NCBI GenBank assembly: GCA_963793705.1
Contig: CAWCBC010000016.1
Span: forward strand, 3,908-67,907
DNA: 64,000 nt
Source: an uncultured Acidobacteriota bacterium
Lineage (GTDB): Bacteria; Acidobacteriota; Vicinamibacteria; Vicinamibacterales; UBA2999
Direction of reading: 5' to 3'
Positions within the stretch are counted from its first letter, which is position 1; each line of letters opens with the position of its first letter. Shown in pieces: positions 29,677-40,625 of the stretch. The position numbers were made by a program, and so were the translations under genes. A model generated the notes under the pieces. The model was given only the letters and a program-made list of their open reading frames with translations. It made no database searches and was not told the origin of the DNA.

Positions 29677-31037
29677 GGCTGAAAAAACTCCTCGTGCAGG
29701 CGCTGCATGGCGTGCGCGAGATCGGCCTGCCGGAGCACCACGGTGATATTCCGGCGCGACGCCGCCTGCGAGATCATCTTGAGCGGCACTTCTTCCAGCA
29801 CGCCCACGACCTGCGCCGCGATCTTCGGCTCGTCGCGGAGGCGATCGCCCACGGCGCAGAGCAGCGCCATCTCCCGCTCGATCGAGACCTCGGCAAACTC
29901 CGACAGCGCCTCGGTAATCGCCGGTATCGCCTTCGGGTCGTCCACCGTCACCGACACGCTGACCTCCGACGTCGTCACCACGTCCACGGCCGTCGAGAAG
30001 CGCTCGAACACCTCGAAGACGCGGCGGAGAAAGCCATAGGCCATCAGCATGCGCGTGGACGTGATGTCCACGACGATGACGTTCCGCTTGGAGGCCAGGC
30101 CGGTGAGCGGCGTCCCGTCCAGCGACGGCTCGGCGGTGATGAGCGTGCCGCTGCCCTCGGGACGCAACGAGTTGAGGATGCGCACGGGGATGTTTCGCTC
30201 GACGGCCGGCAGGATCGTGCTCGGGTGCAGCACCTTGGCGCCGAAATAGGCGAGCTCCGCGGCCTCGGCGAACGACAGCTTCGGGACGAGGCGGGGCTCT
30301 TTGATGACGCGCGGGTCCGCCGTCAGCATGCCGTCCACGTCGGTCCAGATCTGAATCTCGCGCGCGCCGATGCCCGCACCGACCAGCGCGCCGGAGTAAT
30401 CCGAGCCGCCGCGGCCGAGCGTCGTCGTGTGCCCGTCAACGGTCGCGCCGACGAATCCGCCGAGCACCGGCACGCGTCCGGCGTCGAGCGCGGCCACAAC
30501 CGTCGCGCGCAGCGCGTGTGCGGTTTCCGCGGTCAACGGCGTCGCCCGCATGTGATCGGCGCTGGTCACAATCGCGCGGCGCGCGTCCACCCACTCGGAC
30601 TCCACGCCGGCGGCATTGAGCGCCGCCGCCACAATCCGCGAGCTGAGCAGCTCGCCCATCGCGGCGATGACGTCGAGCGTGCGCGGCGACACCTCGCGCA
30701 GCACGGTCAGCGCCTGCGCCACGGCGGCCAGCTGATCGAGCGTCGCGTTGATCTCCGTCGCCAGTGCGGCCTGATCGCCAGGCGCGGCAAGGTCGCGCGC
30801 CGCCGCCAGATGGCGCTCGCGCAGCTGTTCGATCCTGGCGAGCGCCTCCGTGGTGCCCGTGCCGGAACCCGAGGCCGTCGCAATGCCGAGCAGCAGGTCA
30901 GTCACGCCGCTCATCGCGGACACGACGACAGCCGGACCGCGGCCGTCGCGCCGGCGTGCGGCGCGTACGATTTCAATCAGCCGCCGGATGGCGGCGGGAT
31001 CGGCGACGGACGTGCCGCCGAATTTTTGAACGACCAT
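29673..31037 (-). CDS. lysC: aspartate kinase
   Basis: Internal ATG at 31037 gives 'MVVQKFGGTSVADP...'. 454 aa, intact, with ACT-domain tail. Confidence 0.9.
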   Translation of the reverse strand: MVVQKFGGTSVADPAAIRRLIEIVRAARRRDGRGPAVVVSAMSGVTDLLLGIATASGSGTGTTEALARIEQLRERHLAAARDLAAPGDQAALATEINATLDQLAAVAQALTVLREVSPRTLDVIAAMGELLSSRIVAAALNAAGVESEWVDARRAIVTSADHMRATPLTAETAHALRATVVAALDAGRVPVLGGFVGATVDGHTTTLGRGGSDYSGALVGAGIGAREIQIWTDVDGMLTADPRVIKEPRLVPKLSFAEAAELAYFGAKVLHPSTILPAVERNIPVRILNSLRPEGSGTLITAEPSLDGTPLTGLASKRNVIVVDITSTRMLMAYGFLRRVFEVFERFSTAVDVVTTSEVSVSVTVDDPKAIPAITEALSEFAEVSIEREMALLCAVGDRLRDEPKIAAQVVGVLEEVPLKMISQAASRRNITVVLRQADLAHAMQRLHEEFFQP

Positions 31038-31152
31038 GTGCGTGAGATGTTTCCAGCCGTCCGTGGCGCGGTCGCGCGATGACCGTGGCGCGGACCTGTC
31101 AGGTCCGCGTGACGCGCCTGACCAGGCGCGTCCCACGACTGATTCTAGTTGT

Positions 31153-32302
31153 TTAGTGCACCGCCTGCGCGGATCGACGAACCGTAGACGGCGTCTTCTG
31201 GAGAATCCGCAGCATCCGGCGCAGCGGTTCCGCCGCGCCCCAGAGCAGCTGATCGCCGACCGTGAACGCGGTCAGGTACTCGCCGCCCATCGCCAGCTTG
31301 CGCAGGCGGCCGATCGGCACCTGCAGCGTGCCGGTGACGGCCGCCGGCGTCAACTGCGCCAGGCTCGCGTCTTTGGTGTTCGGCACGACCCGCACCCACT
31401 CGTGCGCGGTCTGAATCAGCGACTCGATCTCGTCGAGCGGCACGTCGCGCCGCAGCTTGATCGTCAGCGCCTGGCTGTGGCACCGCATGGACGCCGACGC
31501 GGACGCAGAGCCCCTCGATCGGCACCGCGCCGGCCGCCAGGCCGAGAATCTTGTTCGCTTCGGCCGTCGCCTTCCACTCTTCCTTGCTCTGGCCGGTGCC
31601 GAGATCGTCGTCGATCCAGGGCAGCAGGCTTCCCGCCAGCGGATGCCCGAACTTCGCCTTCGGCATCTCCGCGGAGCGCAGGCCGTCGGCAACGCGCCTG
31701 TCGATGTCGAGGATTCCAGATGCGGGATCGACGAGCAGGTCGGCGGACTGCGCGTGCAGGTATCCCATCTGCGCAATGAGCTCCCGCATCTGCGGTGCCC
31801 CGGCGCCCGATGCCGCCTGATAGGTCATCGCGGTGATCCACTCGACCAGGCCAGCGCGGAACAGGCCGGCGGTCGCCATGAGCATCAGGCTCACCGTGCA
31901 GTTGCCGCCGACGTAGTACTTGATGCCGTCGGCCACGGCGCGGTCGATCACGTCGCCGTTCACCGGATCGAGGATGAGCACCGAGTCCGGCGCCATGCGC
32001 AGCGTGGACGCCGCGTCGATCCAGTAGCCGTCCCACCCGGACTGACGCAGCCGCGGGTAGATCTCGGAAGTGTAGTCGCCTCCCTGACAGGAAATCAGAA
32101 TGTCGTTGGCTGAGAGGGCCGCGAGGTCGCGGGCATCTTTGACGGCGGGCGCACGCTTACCAATCTCAGGCGCGGCTGCTCCGGCCTGAGAGGTCGAGAA
32201 GAACACGGGGTCAATGTGCTCGAAATCACGCTCCTCGCGCATCCGCTGCACGAGGACCGACCCCACCATGCCACGCCACCCGATGATGCCGACGTTCATC
32301 AC
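31153..32302 (-). CDS. asd: aspartate-semialdehyde dehydrogenase, one frame correction near 31490
   Basis: '[15 protein letters not shown]...[12 protein letters not shown]...YQAASGAG' in ORF 31145..32302. The C-terminus '[10 protein letters not shown]...[16 protein letters not shown]' is in ORF 31153..31776. Confidence 0.9.
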
Positions 32303-32323
32303 CTGATCTTAGCTGAGCGCGGA

Positions 32324-32384
32324 GCCACGAAGAACACGAAGGTAATTCATTCGTGGTCTTCGATCCTCTTCGTGTCTTCGTGGC
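32324..32384. repeat. intergenic imperfect hairpin with short-period arms (CACGAAGA words)
   Basis: 'gccacgaagaacacgaagg' (32324-32342) pairs with 'cctcttcgtgtcttcgtggc' (32365-32384). Confidence 0.7.
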
Positions 32385-32575
32385 TAACGGTGCTTCGAGG
32401 CCGGTTTTGCGCGGCGGCGGCGCGTGGCGGTGAGCTTCTGCTGCTCACTGCGCCGCTGATCGTTGAGTTGTTTGGTGATCTGCCGGCGCAGGCGCGCGGC
32501 GTCGGTCATCACTTCGTCAAGGCGGGCCAGCAGCTCGGACAATCGTTCGGGTGTGAGGAGATCGTCGTCGGGCAT
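32384..32575 (-). CDS. possible small basic coiled-coil protein
   Basis: 63-aa ORF (MPDDDLLTPERLSELLARLDEV...). No homology recognised, and the coding call is weak. Confidence 0.3.
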   Translation of the reverse strand: MPDDDLLTPERLSELLARLDEVMTDAARLRRQITKQLNDQRRSEQQKLTATRRRRAKPASKHR

Positions 32576-32622
32576 TCCGGCGGGAAACGATAACCGGACT
32601 TCACGACGCCGTAAAGCTCAGC

Positions 32623-33290
32623 CTACCGCGCTGGGATGTGAAACTTCGAGCGACGGTCCGCGAGCAGCCACGAGGCCAGCAGATCGGTCTCAGACGCCCC
32701 GGCATGCGTGTGCTGTGCGCAAATCCTGTCGAGATGCTGCGCGGTGCGCGCATCACCAAAATGCGCAGACGAATACCCACAGAGCAGACGAAATGAGCAT
32801 TCCGTCGACAGATTGTTCCACAGCGTTTCGAGGCGCTCAGCGGCGATGAAGTTGCCTTGCCCGGCCAGGATGTCAACCATTTCGCCGTACGCGGTTACCC
32901 CCGCAGACGATTCGCGACACAGCCGATGGACGAGCGCGCCGACCTGTTCATCGAACTTCTTCCGGTCGGGTTCGCCGTTGACCAGGAAACTGGCGAGCGT
33001 CGTCGGCGCGTCAAGGACAATCAACCGACCAGCAGCGGTGATCTCTTCAACGGGACAACCCTTCGCGGTCAGCTCGGCCGCCGTCGGTGTCCAGTTGGCC
33101 GCGCGTGCGATGACCACCAGCGTATCGCCGCGGCGCCATCCTTCCGGAGAAAGCTGGCCACGGTATCAACGAGCGATCCGGATTCGTCGAAGAGATGAAC
33201 GAGGTGCTCGCTGGCAACGCTGCCTCGCATCACGCGCTCGCGGTGTGGCGACATGTGCTTGAGCCTACGATGGAGCGAATGAGGTAGCAA
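32623..33290 (-). CDS. MEDS domain-containing protein, frame correction near 33120
   Basis: 'EHLVHLFDESGSLVDTVASFL' (ORF 33069..33290) continues in ORF 32623..33117 ('GVTAYGEMVDIL...LLCGY'). Second MEDS gene in the window. Confidence 0.55.
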
Positions 33291-33555
33291 TCACAATCAG
33301 CCGAATTGCCGGGCTTCGCTGGACGTCAGGCGCCATCGCGATCGGGTCGATGCGACCCATCCGTAGCGGGAAAGCGGGGCTCGCGCCGCCGATCGGGCCA
33401 GAACTTGTCTTTCATCGCTCGCTCGGCGTCGCCTCGCACGCGCTCACTTTCACTGCGCGCGCGGTCGACCTGCTCGATGAGGTCCCGAATCTGCTCCGAC
33501 CATGACCGCTCCCGTGAAGCCATCGCAACGGCATTGATCAGCAAACCGTGCGCCG

Positions 33556-34081
33556 TTACCACGGCAGCAGAGCTCCATCGAAATAGATGGGCGGCCCGCC
33601 GCTGTTGAGCGCCACCTTACTCGCGCGTTATTACGACGGCCCTCGTCGTCCTGGCGTCGAACTCCTTCTTGTCCAGCGAGCCGAGTGCCTGCTTTGGCAT
33701 GTCGCCGAGCACGCCGGCGTTGTTGATCAGCACGTCGATGGGCGTGCCCTTGTACTTCGCGGCCAGCGCCTTGATCGCGGGCACGTCTGCGACATCGAGC
33801 TTGTCGATTGTGACGTTGCGGTTCTTCGCGGCAATCGCGCGAAGCTCCGTGGCCGTCCCGGGATCGCGGGCGGTGGCGATCACCTTCCACCCGCGCGCGG
33901 CGTACTGCTTGACGAACTCGAGCCCGAGGCCGCGGTTCGATCCGGTGATCAGCACCGTGCCGGAGGCCGGCCCGCTCGCGCCGCGCCCGTCTGCGGTTGT
34001 TGCGCGGCAAGGATGGCGGTGAGCCCGCACGCCGCGAGAATTGTGGCCACGCAAACCGGTGAGGAATCGACCGTATGGCAT
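33556..34081 (-). pseudogene. SDR-family oxidoreductase remnant lacking the catalytic middle
   Basis: GGAGG RBS plus ATG at 34081. 'VLITGSNRGLGLEF...VLINNAG' then jumps, in another frame, to the tail 'KVALNSGGPPIYFDGALLPW*'. I see no S-Y-K catalytic region. Confidence 0.55.
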
Positions 34082-34124
34082 GGAGCCTCCCCTCTCGAAG
34101 ACGACAGCGTTATAGTTCCCAGGC

Positions 34125-34845
34125 ATGACACCTGGCAAACGGCTGTGGATCACCATGCCCGTCCTGCTGCTGGCGGGCGGCATCTTCGTGTCCTCGCAGG
34201 CGCCGCACCAAGGGGCGCACTGTCTGGGACGGCGTTTATACCGAGGCGCAGGCGACGCGCGCCACCGGCATCTTCGGCGCAAGCTGCGCCGGCTGCCACA
34301 CGCTGACGCCGGAGGGCAACCGTCCCCTGGGCGGCGACAAGTTCTGGCAAAGCAATACGCAGCGGTCGGTCGCCGACCTGCTGGCCTACGTCAGCAAGAA
34401 CATGCCGAACGGCAACGGCGGCTCGCTCGCCGCTGAAAGCTACAACGACCTCGTCGCGCTGATTCTCAAATCCAACGGATTACCCGCCGGGTCAACCGAG
34501 CTGTCGCCCGCCACGATTGCCGGCGTGCAGATCATCCCGAAGGACGGCCCCGGCGAGCTGCCCGCCAACACGCTCGTCCGCGTGGTCGGCTGCCTGGCGA
34601 AAAGCGGCAGTGACTGGATGCTCACCAGCGCGACGGCCCCGGTCAGAACCGAGAAGACGCAGCCCGACCCGGCGGACGCCACCGTTCCGCTGGGAACAGG
34701 GACCGTGGCGCTGAAGTTCGTCCTGACGAAGCTGGATCAGTTCGCCGGCCAGCGGATGTCGGTGGCCGGCATGCTCATCGGCGCCGGGGGCGTCAACGGC
34801 CTCAACGTCGCCGTCGTGAACCGCGTCGCCGAAGCCTGCCCGTAA
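34125..34845 (+). CDS. c-type cytochrome domain protein (exported), frame correction near 34215
   Basis: 'CAGCH' motif is recovered after the frame shift. The C-terminal 147 aa lie in ORF 34402..34845. Confidence 0.6.
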
Positions 34846-34854
34846 GGGAATCGT

Positions 34855-34968
34855 CGAACGTTCGGTCGTGGGTCCGGGCGTTCGAATCGTTGAGGACGTT
34901 CGACCAGCCGTTCGGCGGGGTGTTACGAATCACTCGAACGGTTCGAACGGCTCGAACGGTCCGAACGA
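34855..34968. repeat. CGTTCG/CGAACG motif array: four CGTTCG words followed by four tandem 9-bp (N)TCGAACGG units
   Basis: CGTTCG at 34859, 34879, 34897 and 34909. CGAACG at 34935, 34944, 34953 and 34962 (9-bp spacing). The array lies 22 nt upstream of the ankyrin gene ATG. Confidence 0.85.
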
Positions 34969-34989
34969 TTCCAGGTGTAAGATCGGCCC

Positions 34990-36657
34990 ATGAAAACGGG
35001 CCTGCTTCCCGATCGGCGGGGGTCGCCGTCGGTGTCGCTCGCGATGCTGCTGTCAGTGCTTCAGGCGGCAACGGACAGCGCCCTCGTCACAGCCGCCAAA
35101 GACGGCGATCTGGGCGCGGTTCGTGCGCTGATCGCCAAGCGCGTCAACGTCAACGAGCCGGCGCGAGACGGATCCACCGCGCTGCTCTGGGCCGTCTACC
35201 ACTCGGACGTAGCCGATGACCAAGGCGCTGCTGGCCGCCGGCGCCAAGGTCGACACGCCCAACAAGTACGGCGTCACGCCGCTGATTCAGGCGAGCCGCA
35301 CCGGCGACACGCCGCTGATCGACCTGCTGCTGAAGGCCGGCGCCAAGGTCTCGCTGGCGCACCCGGACGGCGAGACGGCGCTGATGGCCGCATCGCGGAC
35401 GGGCCGCGCCGACGCCGTGCGGCTGCTGATCGAGGCGGGCGGCGACGTCAACGCCACCACCTACCAGCAGGAAACGGCGCTGATGTGGGCCGCCGCCGAA
35501 GGGCACACCGCCGTCGTCAAGGCGCTGCTCGACGCGAAAGCCGACGCGAACCGCAAGGCGCGGGTCACCACGATCGACGAGCGGAAGCACGCGGACCATC
35601 CGACCGGCGGCTTCACCGCGCTGATGTACGCGGTGCGCAACGGCCACGAGGCCGTGGCCCGGACGCTCGCGGCCGGCGGCGCCGATCTGAACTCGATCAA
35701 CGGCGACGGCGTCACCGCGCTGATCGTCGCCATCGTCAACGACCGGTTCGACCTGGCAGGCACGCTGGTGGACCTCGGCGCCGACGCGAACGACGGATCG
35801 CTCTACTTCGCCGTGGACATGCACGACGCGACCACCGGACATGCGGGCGCGCGACGGGTCGCGGCTGCGCGCCGACCACCCGAACACGATGACGCGCGCT
35901 CGACCTGATCGCCAAGCTGCTCGATCGCGGCGCCGATCCCAACAAGGCGTTCACCGGCCAGCTGCACTCGTCGACGCTCTGCTGCAGCGACGAAATCAAT
36001 GCCTCGCCGTTCTACCGCGCGGCGGTCGCCGCCGACGTCGAAGCGCTGAAGCTGATGATCGCGCACGGCGCCGACGTCGAGTGGAGCCCGACGCCGGTGA
36101 AGAAGACGGGCGCCGACGAAGACCAGGGCGGCGGACGCGGCAACGCGAACGTCGGACGCACGCCGGTGATGGTGGCGATCAACGGCGGCCGCGGCGCGGC
36201 GTTCGCGGCCGGCCCCGGGTTCGAGCGGCTCGGGCCGCCGCCGTTCCGCGAAGCGTCGAATCGCGAGCCGGTCGATGCGGTCAGGCGTGCTGCTCGCCGC
36301 CGGAGCCAATCCGAACGTCAAGACGCCGGACGGCTCGACGCCGCTGCATCAGGCGGTGACGGCGCGGCAGGTGCCGATCGTCCGCGCGCTCGTGGCTGCG
36401 GGCGCCAAGCTCGACGCCGTCAACAAGGACAACCTGACGCCGCTGCTGCTCGCCGAGAAGCCGGAGCCGCCACCGCCGCCGGGCAACAACACCGACTCGC
36501 GCGTGTTCGGCCGAAGCGCAACACGCGCGAAGAAGTGATCGCGGCGCTGCGCGAGCTGATGGGACTCGGCCCGAACGACCCGGCGCCGGTGCCGCCGCCC
36601 GTCGCGAAAGACGAAAAGAAGGACGGCGAGAAAAAGGCCGGAGACGAACACGCAGTG
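34990..36657 (+). CDS. ankyrin repeat protein (exported), several frame corrections; 3' end approximate
   Basis: Repeated 'G.TALM.A...GH..VV..LL.AGADVN' units across ORFs 34990.., 35216.., 35841.., 36055.. and 36275... Confidence 0.8.
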
Positions 36658-39176
36658 AAGAAGCGTCCTGTCCGCGCGCGGCCCTCGTCTGGGTCGCCGG
36701 CGCGCTACTCGCTCGCGCAGTCGTCACCGTCTCCAGCGAAGCCGTCGGCCGCTGCGCCGTCGGCCGTAGCGGCAGCCGACCGTCAAGGCGGTGCCGCTCC
36801 AGCGCAGCCGACTGCCGCCACGCACCGCGCCTGGCTGAACAGGTACTGCGTCGGCTGCCACAGCAACCGCAGCCCGCAGCCGGCCAACGATCCGGTCAAC
36901 CTCGAATCGGCCAGCCTCGACGATCTGCTGCCGCACGCCGCCACGTGGGAGCGCGTCCTCCGGAAGCTGAGCGTCCGCGCGATGCCGCCGCAGGGAACGC
37001 CGCACCCGACCGAGCCCGAATACGTCGGCGTTCACGACCTGGCTCTCGAGCTCGCTCGATCGCGCCTGGGCCGGGCGAAGCACTCCCGGGCGCTACGTCG
37101 TCCACCGGCTGAACCGCGTCGAGTATCGCAACGCGATTCGCGATCTGCTGGCGCTCGACGTGGACGTCACCGTCGCTGCTGCCGAACGACGGCGGCGACT
37201 TCGGCTTCGACAACATCGCCACGGCGCTGCGCACGTCGCCGCTGCTGCTCGACGGCTATCTCACCGCCGCGCAGCGGATCAGCACGCTGGCGGTCGGCGA
37301 CGCGGAGGCGCACGCCGGGCACGGCCGAGTATTCGATCAACCGCGACTTCAGCCAGAACGCGCACGTCGACGGGCTGCCGCTCGGCACGCGCGGCGGCCG
37401 CGTGGTGCGCCACGTGTTCCCCGCCGACGGCGAGTACAAGCTGTTCGGCCGGCTGGTGCGCGGCATCGAGGAGGGCTACGCCGGCGTCGAGGGCAACGAC
37501 CTGCCGCACACCTTCGTGATCACCGTCGACGGCGCCGAAGTGCACTCGGCGGAGATCGGCGGGCCTGGAGGATCACAAGGCGCAGGCCAAGGACATGAAC
37601 GAGGCGCGCGCCGATCCTCGACGCGCGGATGACGGCGCGGGTCACGGTGACCGCGGGCCCGCACGACATCGGCTTCACGTTCAAGGAGCGGCCGGGCCAG
37701 CCGCAGGACGTCTGGCAGCCGGCGGCGCGCGACAGCCAGGAGATCCACTTCATCGGCGGGCTGCCGAAGCTGAAGACCGTCGGCGTCGAAGGCCCGTACA
37801 ACGTGACCGGCATCAGCTCGACGCCGAGCCGCGAGCGGGTGTTCGTCTGCAAGCCGGCAGCGAGCGCGACCGCCGCGGCGCAGAGCCGCGCTGTGCGACA
37901 GCGGGTCCTGTCGAACCTCGCGAAGCGCGCCTACCGGCGTCCGGTCACCGCCGAGGACCTCGAAGCGCCGCTGGCGTTCTACACCGACGCGCGCGGCGCG
38001 GCGGCGGCAGCTTCGACGCCGGCATCCGCGCCGGCGTCGCGCGCATCCTCGCCAGCCCCAATTTCATCTACCGGATCGAGCGCGACCGCGCCGGGCGTGA
38101 AGCGCGGGCGGCGCGCATCCGGTCAGCGACGTCGAGCTCGCGTCGCGGCTGTCGTTCTTCCTGTGGAGCAGCATCCCGGACGCGCGCCTGCTCGATCTGG
38201 CGATCGCCGGCCAGCTCCGCCAGCCCGGCGTGCTCGCCGCCGAAGTGCGGCGCATGATTGCCGACAAGCGCGCCGACGCGCTGGTCAGCAACTTCGTCGG
38301 TCAGTGGCTGCAGCTGCGGAACCTGGAGTCGAAGGTCCGCCCGGACATCCTCGCTGTTCCCCGACTTCGACGACAACGTCCGCGAGGCGTTCCGCCGCGA
38401 GACCGAGCTGCTCTTCTCCCACATCCTCCGCGAGAACCGCAGCGCGCTGGAGCTGCTGAGCGCCGACTACACGTTCGTCAACGAGCGGCTGGCGCGGCAC
38501 TACGGCATTCCCGGCGTCTACGGCTCGCGCTTCCGCAAGGTGGCGGTGACCGACCCGAACCGCCGCGGCCTGCTCGGCCACGGCAGCATCCTGTCGATGA
38601 CGTCGGTCGCCACGCGGACGTCGCCGGTCTTCCGCGGCAAGTTCGTCCTGACGACGTTCCTCAACACGCCGCCGCCGCCGCCGCTGCCGAACGTGCCGAC
38701 GCTCGAGGAGAGCACGAAGGGCGCGGCGACGAAGCCGAAGACCGTTCGCGAGCAGCTCGAGCTGCACCGCAACAGCCCGGCGTGCGCCGGCTGCCACCGC
38801 GTCATCGACCCGCTGGGGTTCGCGCTCGAGAACTTCGACCCCGTCGGGCAGTGGCGGACGACGGACGCAGACGGCGCGCGCGCTCGACACGGGCGGCGTG
38901 CTGGCGGACGGCTCGAAGGTGGACGGGCCGGTGGCGCTGCGGAACGCCATCCTGAGCCGCCCCGAGGCGTTTGCCACGACCCTGACCGAGCGACTCATGA
39001 CCTACGCGCTCGGCCGCGGCGTCGAGCCGTCGGATATGGCCGTAATCCGCCGGATCGTCAAAAATTCGGCGCAGCGGCTACGCGTTGCAGTCGATCATCA
39101 CGGGATCGTCGACAGCGCGCCGTTCCAGATGCGGACTGGCGCTGGAATCGGCGACACCGAGTCCATCGCGACATGA
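36654..39176 (+). CDS. DUF1592/DUF1588/DUF1585-family haem-binding protein, many frame corrections; start approximate
   Basis: 'YCVGCHS', 'VHRLNRVEYRNAIRDLL' (after frame correction), 'FVGQWLQLRNL', 'SPACAGCHRVIDPLGFALENFD' and 'LMTYALGRG' are spread over ORFs 36055.., 37629.., 38258.. and 38898... Confidence 0.8.
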
Positions 39177-39209
39177 CGCACGCCGGCTGGCAGCCTGGAC
39201 AAAGCAGCC

Positions 39210-40542
39210 ATGATCATCACGAAGAAGCATCTGTCCCGCCGCACCTTCCTCCGCGGCGCATTCGGCGCCACGGTGGCGCTGCCCTGGCTCGACGCCATGA
39301 TGCCGGCGCTCGTCGCGCAGTCGCGCGCGCAGCGCGCCGTTCCGCTTCGGCGTCATCTACATGCCGTGCGGCGTCTATCCGGACACGTGGCATCCGGAGC
39401 AGACGGGCAAGGACTTCGTGTTCAAGCCGGTCATGCAGCCGATCGAGGCGTTCCGCGATCAGCTGGTGACGGTCAGCAAGATGAAGGCGCCGTGGGGCGA
39501 GTCGGTCCACGTCGGCGCCAGCTCGGCGTTCCTGAACGGCATCGGCCCGGTGGTGGCGCGCGAATCGACCGGCGACTCGTTCAACTATCTGCAGTCGAAG
39601 AAGACCCTCGACCAGTACATCGCCGACACGGTGGCCGGCGATACGCCGCTGCACTCGATCGAGGTCGGCACCGAGGACATGGGCACCGCCGCCGGCGCGT
39701 GCGACGGTTTCCCGTGCGTGCTGTTCGAAACGCTCGCCTGGCGTGAAGACACCCGGCCGCTGCCGGTGTCGATCAACCCGCGCGTGACGTTCGAGCGCAT
39801 GTTCGGCGAGACGGGCTCGGCGCAGCAGCGCGCCGCGCGGCTCAAGGAGAAGCAGAGCCTGCTCGACTCGGTCACGCAGGAGACGTCGAAGCTGCGCCGG
39901 ACGCTCGGCGCGCCCGACCGCGCCATCCTCGACGAGTATCTGAGCAACATCCGCGAGGTCGAGCAGCAGCTCGATCGCATGGAAACGCGCCTCAGCACGC
40001 TGACCGGCAACCCCGAGTCGCCGATCGGCCTGCCGGAGGCGTTCGACGATCACATGAGCGTGACCTACAACCTGATGCACCTGGCGCTGCAGGGCGACAT
40101 CAGCCGCGTGTTCACGTTCATGATCGGCCACGAGCCGACCGACCGCAGCTACGCGCACATCGGCTGCCCCGAGACGCACCACAGCATCTCGCACCACGGC
40201 AACGACGCCGAGAAGCTGGCCAAGTACGCCAAGATCGGCACCTATCAGATGGTGAAGTTCGCCGAGTTCCTCGAGAAGATGCGGGCGACGAAGGACGGCG
40301 ACGGCAACCTGCTCGATCACTCGCTGCTCTACTGGGGCAGCGGCATGAGCAACGGCAACGCCCACGACCGCAGCAACCCGCCGGCGCTGCTCGTCGGCGG
40401 CGCGCACGGCCGGCTGCAGGGCAACCGCCACCTCGTCGCCGGCAAGGACGAGCCGACCGCGAACCTGCTGCTCGCCATCGCCCACCTCGCCGGCGTCGAG
40501 ATCGAGAGCATGGGCCCGAGCACGGGGCGCTTCAATCTGTAG
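39210..40542 (+). CDS. DUF1552 domain-containing protein (Tat signal), frame correction near 39340
   Basis: 'LSRRTFLRGAFGATVALPWLDAM', then the 393-aa ORF 39361..40542 ('THHSISHHGND...LLYWGSGMSNGNAHD'). Confidence 0.85.
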
Positions 40543-40554
40543 CCACGAAGGGTA

Positions 40555-40579
40555 CGTAGTGTCCGCCTTCAGGCGGACC
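40555..40579 (+). repeat. REP-like hairpin, type A (CGTAGT-GTCCGCC-TTCA-GGCGGAC-C)
   Basis: Identical 25-mer to 61508..61532. Confidence 0.85.
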
Positions 40580-40594
40580 GCCGCGAAGATAATA

Positions 40595-40625
40595 GGGCCG
40601 CCGAACAGGCGGCCCTTTTTCTTTA
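40595..40625 (+). terminator. Rho-independent terminator after the DUF1552 gene
   Basis: GGGCCGCC-gaaca-GGCGGCCC followed by TTTTTCTTT. Confidence 0.75.

Noticed and set aside
29694-31082. 462-aa ORF on the plus strand
   Set aside because: It is antisense to the intact aspartate kinase gene and is a shadow ORF.
31038-31152. Lysine riboswitch upstream of lysC
   Set aside because: Only ~108 nt are available and I could not find the conserved L-box elements. Two simple hairpins explain the structure.
33326-33562. 78-aa ORF as an independent gene
   Set aside because: It lies in the wreckage downstream of the truncated SDR gene, has no RBS and no recognisable homology. Possibly real, but unsupported.
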